A DNA stretch of 64,000 nt, taken from Rhodosorus marinus CCMP1338. Taxonomy: Eukaryota; Plantae; Rhodophyta. Within the stretch, counting starts at the first letter, position 1; the number at the start of each line of letters is the position of its first letter. A model generated the notes under the pieces. It was not told the origin of the DNA and searched no databases. It was given only the letters and a program-made list of their open reading frames with translations. The position numbers and the translations under genes were made by a program. Of this stretch, positions 26,481 through 37,541 are shown one piece after another. The DNA lies in the NCBI GenBank assembly GCA_029953675.1, contig JAMWBK010000013.1, positions 1,042,936-1,106,935 on the forward strand, given 5' to 3'.

Positions 26481-29281
26481 CGTTAGGAAAACGCGGCGCT
26501 CTCAACTGTGTCCCCCGAGAACACCGGAACCAGAGAAAAAGCACTTAACGATAGCAGAGGAATGCAGGAAACCGAAGAAGGCGCGCCTGCGTATTACGAG
26601 CACGCTCATCCCGGATCACCGTAATGGCATTTCCGATCCAGCGTAAAACTCTCCATGGTGAACATTGTACGGATCAGGAGATCCTTTCGGACGTGCTACG
26701 AAGAGAAAAAATCTCCCCAGCAGCATCGCACGACCACGCTGCGTCCAACAACTGCAGCTAGTCTGGTAGAGCTGGGGTACAATTTCCTCAGCTGATCGAT
26801 CATCAACACTCCACCAAAAATCCTCCATAATCAATCAATTTCAAGAACGGACCCAGAAATGATTGCATATCAGTCATTTTACAAGCAAGAGGTGCGAATC
26901 GGGATTTAAACGGCGATGCGCCGACGTGGATACGATCGCGTTGTGGGGGATTCTTCTTCTGCCAAGGGCGCAGAGGAGCATTCCTTTCGGAGCAAGACAA
27001 ACGGAGCACACATCCAAGACGGATGGGGTGGCTCAAGGAATATAATTGGTTAGGTTAGTATCTTCCTCTCTTTCTGAGGGGGAGAACTACCGCGTGCTCT
27101 GGGTGAAAGTCCCCGGGCGATGGGTAGAGAGTACCAGGTCAGTAAAGACCGGACGCCTTTGATCGTGCTTTCCAGTTGCGGAGATGAGATATTCGGAGTT
27201 GATTCTAGGGCTCTTGTTTGAGGTTCTGCGGTGCGGTTGATGCTGTCTAAATCATCAGAACCATGAGGATGCGCAGATTGGACTAACTTGGATGGGGCCT
27301 CTCTCTTGTAGGATCCGGCGGCCAAACCCCCGAATCACGATGAATAAATCGGAGCGCTCGTGTAAGTCTTTCAAGGCTGATTGCCTAAGTGCTTTGAGCG
27401 AGAAAGTTATGGAATGAGAGATTGGTGAGCAGCTTTGTTTGTTTTTCACAACTGTTAGAGCGCATTGATTATGGAAATGATGAGCAAAAGCTGTCGCCCC
27501 AGGCAGAACAAGCTCCGGACAAGCTCCAGGAGTCAATTGTTGATTGACGCACGTCAGTCTGATCCTAGTCGATGCGCGATTAGATCGAAAACGTTAGCCG
27601 TTCGGGGTTCTCGATCTGACTCGTATTCTCCAACTGTAATATGCTCTCTTCTGACAGGTGTCGACCGTCGTGACGGCCCCAATACTCTAACAGAATGGGG
27701 CTTATTCCCTCTGCGTCCCTTCACGACCCTTTACTTATTTAAACAAAACTATCCTGTTGTGAAAGAAAAGCATCAGCTCACGGAGCTATCACCCTAGTCC
27801 TGTCGAGAAAGAACGCGAACCCTCTGTTTCCGTGCTTGTGTCCCTCCCCGTTTAGAAGGCCAATGGCTGTCGCTGGTGAGATTGGTGGTCGATGACACGA
27901 CTGCCTTTTTCACAACTCGAGAGCAGGTACTTCGCTTAGAAGTATGTCAGCACCGCTACCTTGATGCAGTCACATTAGCATGTCGTACTGCACGGTGGTG
28001 AATGACCTTGGAGTTCCAGAGTGGACGAAGCTCCACGGGGGTCTGTATTACCTCTATCGTCACTAAATTCCTTCAGGAAATGTGTACGCTGCATGCTCCC
28101 TCGCGTTGCAGAGTACCTCTTACTATGGATTCAAGTCAGAAACAGCCCATCTTGTCTTCAGTTCCCTTTGCACTTGTGTGAACTGCTCGGCTTATCAATC
28201 TGATGTTGTTCCGTGGTAGCAACTTCACCGAACACTTTGCTCGTCAAACTATGGAACTTGGACATCGACGTATTCTTCTAACTAAATGCTTAAAGGAAAA
28301 CAAGTATATCTTCCTAGCTATTGAGAAAAGTCTTGTTTTAATTGTCTCGGAATGCACGAAAGCGCAAGTTCCCAAGCTAGGACCAAGCGCCAGACCGTGG
28401 ACCCGTTCCTTCTCAAACAGGCCGTAGAGAATAGGATCGTTCCATATACACATAAACGCACACATACGGCAAACCTTTTTAGCATTATGTAACCATTCCC
28501 CCAAACCCTCACCAACAGCACCATGAATGCCTGACGATCGGGGTCTCCGCGTTCAGTTTGCAGCGGTTTCTTCTGCTGCCGCAGTTGTTCGCTCGTGCTA
28601 CTGCTGCTGCTGTACCAGCTGCACTACAGCTTGCAGCCTTTTGCGCGATCTTCCTCCATTGTCATCGAGCTTCCGAGCTCCGGATATCCAAAATGCATTC
28701 CCAAAAACTGGGATTGCGCTTAGGGAAACTAGAAACATCGACCACTCCGAAGAGCCCCTCTCCGAGCTCTTAGTGTCTACGAGAATTTAGGACATGCTTT
28801 CGTAGCAGATCGTTTTAATCGGAGACCAAGGTACCCGAATGAGCTACGCTACGAACGGCACAGAGAGCGCGCCTCCAGTTTACCTAGCTTCACAGGCTCT
28901 GGCACAGTGAGGGATTAGGAAACAGTCTTTCTTATGTTTGTTTCAGAAATAGATATTGTCAAATAAACACGAACGAGTCGCGCGGGGGAAATAGAGACGC
29001 AAGTCGAAGAAGTAGAGAGCTCAATACCTCTCTACTCCTCTCCACCTCCTCCCGCTGGCGACTTTTAATGGACACCAAACCTTTGAGGGCTCCCAGAGCA
29101 CAAAGCCAGGGTTTTCCTTCAATGCGCTCGCAATGTGTGGAAGGCTCGTGTGAGGTGCTCAGGGGTGAGGATAGGAGGGGAGGGGCGGGTTTGTGAGGTA
29201 GGATTATAGTAGGAGGTTCACACGGGCCTTGGAATTCAGCAGAAATTCTATGAAGAGTTGAGAGAATCACCCCCTAACAGG

Positions 29282-32083
29282 ATGCTGAGCTGGCTTCGAT
29301 CGCCTCTGAGAGGCAGGGGACTCCCCGGCTTCGACGGGATACGAAAAAGTAGGTGGAGTCAACTGTTCGGTGTTGACGATGACTCTGAGGGTAAAGGCCA
29401 TCAACCTAAGCTGCAAATGACGTGCGGGGTGCATGGAACTGTAAGTCTCAAGGCTGGATTCTATTTTCAGCCAAGCTTCCTCGAGTTGTCGTAGCAGTCA
29501 TGCCGGACAACTTTTAACCTGTCATGTTGTTCTCTCCACAACTTTTGAATCGTCAGACTGCGGATTTGTCGCGCCTGGTTCCTTACATGACGCTGCTTGG
29601 TATTCTCGCAGCTTCGTTTATATCTATTGTGGACATCTTCACTCATGTTATCTTCGAGGCGCGAAAGCGAGTTAGCGTAGATATTACGCATGGCGCTGTT
29701 GGATACGTTATTTACGTTTCTTCAGGGGTGCTGCTTTGTCTGTTGTCGACGTTTGTATGTCAGCAGTGGTCAAAGGAAGCAGAAGGAAGCGGCTTACCTC
29801 AGATGAAGTCAATTATGTCCGGTTTTCATGACAAACTGAGCAACTCACTGGCTGTCGAGGCTCTCGCAGCAAAAGCTGTAGGCCTTATTTGCGCCATTGG
29901 TAGGCAAATAATACTTACAGAAGCTTAACCAACAAGGGAGTCTGATTCCGACCTGTCAATGGTGACTTCCAACAGGCGGCGGTCTGCCAGTCGGATGGGA
30001 AGGGCCCAATGTACACATGTCTTGTATCATTGCAGAGTACCTGTCGCGCATACCATATTTTCATAGCCTGCGCCAGGACAAGGCGCTTCGGTTGCAGATG
30101 ATGGCGTGCGCTTGTACCGTGGGCCTTGCGTCGTCGTTTGGTTAGATGAATGCTCAAGTCTCGACAACGCAGCTCAAAATTGTTTTTCGTGCTAGTCGTG
30201 CGTTGACTTCTGGTTGCCTCTCTCTATGCTGGATTTTATTTTTTTTACAGGTACTCCTATTGGCGCCGTTCTGTACGCGTTGGAGTCTACATCCTCTTTC
30301 TATCTGGTTCCGACTTTCTGGAAATCGGTTCTAGCGACGATTTCGGGAGCGATGGTCTTCGATATTTGGTACAAGACTCCAGTGGCAGAGGCGTTCGAAA
30401 ATACAACCTTTGGCCCAGATGACTATCGAAAAAACCAACTGATTTTGTTTTGCTTGCTTGGATCTTTTATGGGTACGCCAGCGCGATTTATATCAGTGTA
30501 TATACCATACAAGCCCACCGTGTTCTCCTCCTTCCCAAGATTCGTTTATCTGAGTTGCTCACTGTGACGCATCTGGACATTGGCTTTTATGCTTCCGGTC
30601 AACACGAACATTCCAAAAAAACAACAGGGATCGTGGGAGCCTTTTTCGTCAAGTGTACGCATGAGGTGTACCAGTTTCGCAAGCGGAGGTTGACATACTT
30701 GTCGAATCGATTTGTTCTTGTTGGAGTTGTGGCGCTCGCGTCTGGTCTCACGCAGTACAACAACGAACTCCTGAGAATTGACCCGCGAAAGGCAATTAAC
30801 GAGCTCTTTTCATCAAACGCGATGCAGTTGATGACCTACTCCGACGTCATGTTCCTGTTGCTGGTCAAATTCCCCCTTATTGCTGTATGTGTTGGACTCC
30901 CTATACCTGGGGGAGTATTTATTTCATGTATGTCGATGAGCAGCATGCCAACAGTTTATGGCGTCCGGGTAGAAAATCTGAACCCACTTCTGTTTTTATA
31001 TTTTACTCGAAGCTTTCCTCATGGGAGCGGGCTGCGGTAGGCTCTATGGAGAATTCTTGAGAACGGTTTTGGGGCCCTCGATAGTCCCTGGACTTTATGC
31101 TGTTGTGGGCGCCGCTTCCTTGGCGGCCGGCGTTACCCGTGCCCTCTCATGCTCGGTGTTGATTTTCGAAGTGACCGGACAAATCAGCCACATGATGCCG
31201 ATTCTAGTGGCCGTTCTATTGTCTGTAACTGTTGCAAACAGTTTCAATCAGTCTCTGTACGACACCCTCATCGTGATGAAGGTGCGCAAACAGGACAAGG
31301 TCTCGCACGCTTTTCGTAAGCCTTGAAACGACGTAACATCTCACTCGTTCTGATTACTTCACCTTGAGCACAGAATTTACCGTACATGCCGAACATTCGC
31401 GGCGATGTATTCCTGTCCCAGCGAGTCTCCGAGGTTATGATCAAAGACGTTGTCACAGTGAAGGAGAGGTCTTCCCCGGAAGAGATTGGAACTCTTCTTA
31501 TAGAGTATCCGACATTCAGTTCTTTCCCTGTCGTCTCCGAACGGAGGAGCCTCCTTGGCGTGGTGAGCTGTCGTCATTCAGGGGGCAGAGGAGCAACCAA
31601 CCCAGCCCTAAAGGCAGAGTGATTGCGTTGTTTGTGCCGACAGATCCGTGCTTCCCAATTGCGCTTTCTGATTGGCGGAAGTTCAGCCACTGCAGAGAAG
31701 CTGCACTCCGGGGCCGACGAGTTGCCTGAAGGGAGCTTCCAGGATGAGACCTTTAGAAATCAAAAGATATCTCCCAGGCCTGTGGGTGTGGAAGGAAAAT
31801 CCAATGAGAAGAAGTCCAGGGAGATATTGGTATGCGCATTCTCCCGCAGAGCCCACTCCACTGATCGAGGGATTGACATGGGACGGTACGCTTTTCTCCT
31901 TTCTGACAGATTGTGCCAGAGCTCTCTCCGCTTGAGGTTGGCGACAATATGAGTGTAGGCCAATTGCATAACATGTTCGTTATGCTCATGCCTACGCATG
32001 CCTTTGTTGTATCTCGTGGAGAACTTGTCGGACTTGTTCGCAGAGGGGATATCATTCAAAACGTGGTGGATGTTGGCAGCTAG
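29282..32083 (+). CDS. CLC: CLC chloride channel/transporter with CBS domains, CmCLC-like, multi-exon
   Basis: EAEGSGLPQMKSIMSG, VGWEGPNVH, GAVLYALEST, GRLYGE, PGLYAVVGAA, GVTRALSCSVLIFEVTGQI, SLYDTL, then CBS repeats ending VVDVGS* at 32083. Confidence 0.95.
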
Positions 32084-32404
32084 CACGGAAAAGTGTAGTC
32101 CGATATCTTACTAGCCGTGGCACCTATTATTTATTGAAGCATGACCAATTGCAATCTATTAATGGTAGGACGTGCATTACAAGAAAGGATTCTAGGGAGC
32201 TCTCTAATAAATGGATCAGCTCTAGTCTCGGGTTTCCGCAAATACTCATTGCATGTCGCATGACGGGGATGAATCTCAACTCTGTCCCCATTTTCACCGA
32301 TTAGCGCTATCCGTTCGGGTCTTGCAATGCAGCTCCCACCCAGAGATGTGGGTATATGAGATGACGCGGCCCGGGTAGCGGGAGAGAGCTGAGTCCGGCG
32401 CTGA

Positions 32405-32620
32405 TGTGAATGAAGGTGTTTATTCGGAGACCAAAAAAAACAAGAAGGGGAACAAAGACTATTGAAGGCGAAGATCACGCGTCTCCAACATCAAAGCAAC
32501 TTTCATACGCCACAACAGGAAACTCAAATGGGTTAACAACGAGGAAGTCCGGTCGGGGCGCTCGCGGAAAATTCGCAAAGCGCCCCGAACCGACTGCGAG
32601 ATTGTGCTAACACAGAACCG
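32405..32620 (-). mobile_element. Diverged family C 3' end
   Basis: Reverse complement encodes a ...RERPDR...LSFLLWRMKVALMLE-like sequence and the C-type 3' UTR ending in TTCATTCA. Confidence 0.75.
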
Positions 32621-32646
32621 CGGAAGCTGATTCGCGCCGAGACGAT

Positions 32647-35600
32647 ATGGACTATCTGGATGCTGAGGTGAACCACACCTCGGCCCCGAAACCCGTTAGC
32701 GTAACGGTCGTCTGCCAGGAAGTTATGCCGTCCATGATTTAGGAACCCGGCTCCCTGGGCCCCAGGGAGGGACAGGTGTCCGGGATCTAGGAAACTATGC
32801 GGAGACATTCCCAGCCATCGGGGAGGGCCCTACAAGGCCAACCTTCGCAGAGTTTGCAGCTCAGAAAGAACCAGGGAGAGGAGGAGATGCTCGTTCCAGA
32901 ACTTCTGGACGCCCCGGACCCCAAAACCAGCAGGCTGCCCTGCGGCAACTGCACGCTACGGTCGGGGGGTCTGGCTGGGGACCCGATGTTGCTCCAGTCC
33001 TCGCGACGCTACGGAATGTCCGACCCCCAAGGCTGGATGAGGTGGCCCCTGCTGACTTTGCAACGATTCTTTGCAGAGCACTGGGTATGCCCAGCTCTTC
33101 TGTGGTGCATGTGGACTTTATTGCCTCCCATGCCTGCCTGCTGTGCCATCCAGACGCAATTCCGATTCTCCAAAGTGCCATGTCCCGAGGAGTTTTCCGG
33201 ACTGGGATTTTCGGATCCTTCACACAACGACACGCCAGTCGACAAGTAAGCCTTTACACTGGCCAGGCGCTGGACCCAGACAACCTTCTGGGTTACCTCG
33301 AACGTCAGACCATCGCTCCCGGGGATATCGCTGCCCACACGCTGAAGCGGGCCATCGAGCAGCTTATCCGCATTCGTTCGAGGATCCGCAGGCGACAACT
33401 CTCCTTCCACACTCTCGCAGCGCTCTACGAGTATCTGGAGGGACGACTAGAGCTCCTAAAAGCCAGGCAACATCCGCCTGAGGTACCCGGGGAGTGCGAG
33501 GAACCCCCTGGGCCTGCAGCCGCTTCGAACGCAGACCCTGAAGCCTCGTCCCTTCCAGGGGATGTACAGGCAGACCGTGGGACAGTTGACGCCCCGGTTG
33601 AGACTAGCGCGACTTCCCAAGTACCTGAGAACGCAAGCACACGAGGACAATCCACATGCGGAGCTCCTCTGCAACCTTCCGGAGCCACCTCAACAGAAGC
33701 GCTCGCGAGTATCCGCCGATGGCACCCGACCGGATACTGAGATGACTCCGGCAGCCGTGGAGACTCCACAGGATACCACTGTGACAGAGGTTGCCCTTGA
33801 CGGCAACCACCACGCAATGGACACGCAGGAGAGCCAGGAAAACCCAGCGCAATAATGCCGAGCAGACGTAGGGGAATCAAACGACGCCGCGACGAGCCTC
33901 TGTTCTTCTCGGATCGTCGAGACTGGATCAGACGGTGGAGCGTCTTCGTCGACGACGTCACGGAAGGAGGCAGGCAGTGGACGCGCCTTACCCACTGCCC
34001 GGTTCCCACACGGCGATTTGTGCCACGCGGCCAGGTCCATACATGGAGCTGCCTCTTCCGTGCTGCATTAGAGATGTCTATGGACAGCACCGCACCAACA
34101 AACGCCAGCCTGCTTCTTGTCGGACTTCCAGGCCTTGTCCTCGGACACTCTGCACTTGATGTTGGCATTCAGGTATCGCACGTGCTTGAAGGAGAATTCT
34201 CTACGGTCTGGAGCGCTCTAGAGGACAAGGCGTCTATGCTGTCGCATACTACCGCACCGCAAGGAGCTGAAGCGGTTCGACGCCAACATCTCGGGCGCCA
34301 CAAGCGAGCGTTGAAACTAGCACACCTTGGCCGCCTTTCAGATGCAGCTCGGAGCCTGCAGGCCACCGAAATGGCACCTTTTACCGCGGCTACGTGGAGA
34401 CAACTACAAGCGCTCTTTCCCGACCCGGCGGAAGGTGACTTACCAGACGAGATTGCACAAGCCCTGGAATCTTTGCTAGCCCTGAATACCGAAACACTTA
34501 AGCGGCGGTGGGATTCAAGAAAAGCGGCCGACGAGGGCCTCATGTCGATCGTGGCACGTCTTCCTCAGGGCAAGAGCCCAGGCCCTAGCGGTCTCCGCGC
34601 GGAACACCTCCAAGGTGCAACTCAACAGACGCAAGCGGCGTTGATTCGTGTATTGCGACAACTGGCGACCGCTCCGGAGAAATTTTCCCCGGCTCTGACC
34701 CGCGCCCTTCACAGCAGTCGACTCCTGCCGTTCGCGAAGCCTAACATGGGTTCAGTGACGCAGGAACATCCCGGAGTTCGCCCTATCGGAGTACCAGAAG
34801 TTTTGCGCAAGGTAGCAACGCAATGGACTCTTCACGCGGTTATGGACAGGGTGCGTGAGCTCCTGGTGCCCTTACAACTGGGTATTGGAGTAAGTGGCGG
34901 GTGCGAACGCTCACTTCACGTGATCCAGGCCCATTTGTCATGCGAACCCGATTCGGTGGTCCTTCGGCTAGACCTGGAGAATGCCTTTAATCGCATCGAC
35001 CGACGCCTTGCCAAGCAACTGGTGGACGAGCACTTCCCGGAGCTTGCACCAGTGTATAGACTTGGCTATGGAAGCGACAACGCGGACTCTGTGGCTGGCG
35101 ATCTTCCCCTGGACAGAACGAAACCGACACCTCTCGCCTGACTCTCCAAGCAGCTACAGGAGTCCAACAGGGAGATCCACTGGGGCCGGTGCTACATGCA
35201 CTATCCCTGGCGCCCTTTCTAAGAGCGTTGCGAGCCAAGTTCCCCAACGAAACGATTGTTGCTATCCACGACGATATCAGGATTGTCGGGTCGCTACAAG
35301 CCTTGAAGGCATCCCTGGCATGGGCAAAAACTGTGCTCCCCTCTCTCGGAGCATGCCTGCAACTCGGCAAGTGCACTGTGTACGGGCGAACACTGACTAC
35401 CACGCGAGTGGTCAACCATGAGATTCCTGGAGTCCAAGTGACCAGAGACGGAGTCACCATCCACTCGATACCGATAGGCAGCCGAGAATATATCGAACAG
35501 GAGTGCCGGGGGCTGCAAAATAAGCATGAGAAACTCTTTGAGGAAATTGCCAAGCTACCACAACCGGAGCTTACGACGCAAATTGCCCTCTTCAGGTTCT

Positions 35601-37119
35601 GTGCGGAAACGCGGCTAGACTATGTTCTACGATGCCTCGCATACGAGTTTGGAAGAACTCTGGCACGCGAGGCGGATGTGATGACCAGATATCATCTGGA
35701 AATTCTATTCGGCGGCCTCGCTACGACGGCTGTAGAGGACGACGAGTACGCAGAGCTGATCTCGGACCAAATCGCTCTGCCCTGCCGCTGGGGGGGGGTT
35801 GGGTTTCGCTACTCGAAAGCGCGTCCAACCCATCGCGTTCTACTTGTCATGGAGAAACACCTTCCGGAACAATGAAGATGAATGGCCATACCTGACTGAA
35901 CTGGACTTTACTAGCATAGCCTGAAGCGCTACGCAAACTAGAACGGGAGGTAACTAGAACGGGAGGTTTCGGCAGAACGCTCACCAGACTCATACGAGCC
36001 GATGGAGCAACGATGGTCGACTTCACAGCTGGCGGACCAGATCTGTGCATCGTCGCGAGCAATACAACGGAGGCTCGGACCAGAAACCCCGCCGCGGATC
36101 TTGGCACTGACTACCCTGCAACAACCGCGCGAATCATCTCTTCGAAGCGCACCGGGCGAGACTGCAGCTTGGAATAATGGTTCAATACAACAAACCCTCT
36201 CTCGAGAGGCACACCATTTTGCATTCTAAAGGTTGGTCACCAACCCACGAATCTCCCCCGAAAACCGAGCTCGAATACGGTCCGCCGCGGGATCCGGGTC
36301 GGGAGTCTGGCTGCGTGAAATACCAACGCTGACACCGAAAAAATTGAGTGCGGTTGAGATGCAGGTAAACGTTCGACAACTGCTGGGGCTGCCAATTCCG
36401 GGATTGCGGACCACCGAGAAAGTGCACTAGTTGCCGGAGTAAACACGGAAGGACTGGGGTACAACGGTTTCATCACTGTCCAACATCAACTGGACTGTGG
36501 CAACGTAGGCACGACGAAGTCTGCAGAGAGCTGGCACGGTGGCTGAGGCGATGGAACTTCATGGACGTAGAGCAAGAACCTGAGGGGTACTTCGAGAACT
36601 ACGGACTGCGACCTGATATCGTTGCTAGGCATCCGAGGACCAAACAAAGGTATGCGCTGGATGTGACTGTGGTGTCACCATTACAGGGAAAATATTTGCG
36701 GCGGAGCCAAGATGATAGCGGATACGCGGCGAGAGCTGCGGAGAAGTGGAAAATCGCTCACTACAAGGAAGCGATGGTGATCGAGAAACCGGATGAAAAA
36801 TTCATCCCGATGCGATAGAGACGTTTGGGCGTACGTGGCAATTGGCACAAGAGTTCCTCCGCGACAGCTGCAAACACCTGCTGCACAGGAGTGAGGAGCT
36901 GAGAGACGTGAGATCCCAGATAAACCGGCAACTATGGCGAGGTAACGCAGAGATAGCACTAAGCGCTTTGCGCGTGGACCAGTTGGAGAACCGCTGGTGC
37001 CTGTTTTTTCTTTTGAACGTAGCATGAGACCCCGGTAGCGGGGTTCCAGTAAGTTTTTCCCTAGATAGGATTAGACGTAGTGTTGCGCTGCAGTAGGCAG
37101 CTGCCCAGTAAAGTTTACG
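32647..37119 (+). mobile_element. Family A two-ORF REL non-LTR retrotransposon, near full length, disrupted
   Basis: ORF1 runs about 32650-33855 with frameshifts. ORF2 starts at 33855 and has RT motifs KSPGPSG, RPIGVPE, LRLDLENAFN, GVQQGDPLG, AIHDD and IALPCRWGG, a zinc knuckle C-x2-C...HHC, and REL motifs RPDIV, LDVTVVSP, EKWK, IETFG. Lesions relative to other copies: 10-nt deletion near 35089, an extra G near 35790, an insertion at 35901. The 3' end ...CAGTAAAGTTTACG abuts telomere repeats. Confidence 0.93.
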
Positions 37120-37150
37120 GTTACGTCTGGTGTTACGTTAGTCTGGGGTT
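37120..37150 (+). repeat. Interstitial telomere repeat between two family A copies
   Basis: GTTACGTCTGGTGTTACGTTAGTCTGGGGTT: one degenerate and one near-complete unit of the terminal 16-mer. Confidence 0.9.
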
Positions 37151-37313
37151 CCTCCGCGACAGCTGCAAACACTTACTGCACAGGAGTGAGGAACTGAGAG
37201 ACGTGAGATCGCAGATAAACCGGCAACTATGGCGAGGAACGGAGAGATAGCACTAGGCGCTTTGCGCGTGGACCAGTTGGAGAATCCGCTGGTGCCTGTT
37301 TTTTCTTTTGAAC
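37151..37313 (+). mobile_element. Truncated family A fragment
   Basis: Near-identical to about 36856-37020. Confidence 0.9.
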
Positions 37314-37541
37314 AGTGCAAAGTGTGAAAAGTCTGAAAAGTCTGAAAAGTGTGAAAAGTCTGCAAAGTGTGAAAAGCGTGAAAAGTCTGCAAAGTGTGGA
37401 AAGTGTGAAAAGTGTGAAAAGTGTAAAAAGTGTAAAAAGTGTAAAAAGTGTAAAAAGTGTAAAAAGTGTGAAAAGTGTAAAAAGTGTGAAAAGTGTAAAA
37501 AGTGTGAAAAGTGTGAAAAGTGTGGAAAGTGTAAAAAGTGT
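37314..37541. repeat. 9-bp tandem repeat (AAAAGTGTG/AAAAGTGTA/AAAAGTCTG), about 25 copies
   Basis: Visible directly; gives CEK/CKK, SVK and FLH periodic ORFs. Confidence 0.95.

Noticed and set aside
28180-28460. Possible TERT or Penelope RT motif (KLLPRNNIRLI, LYGLF)
   Set aside because: Interrupted by stops, with no downstream RT motifs A-C; likely chance.
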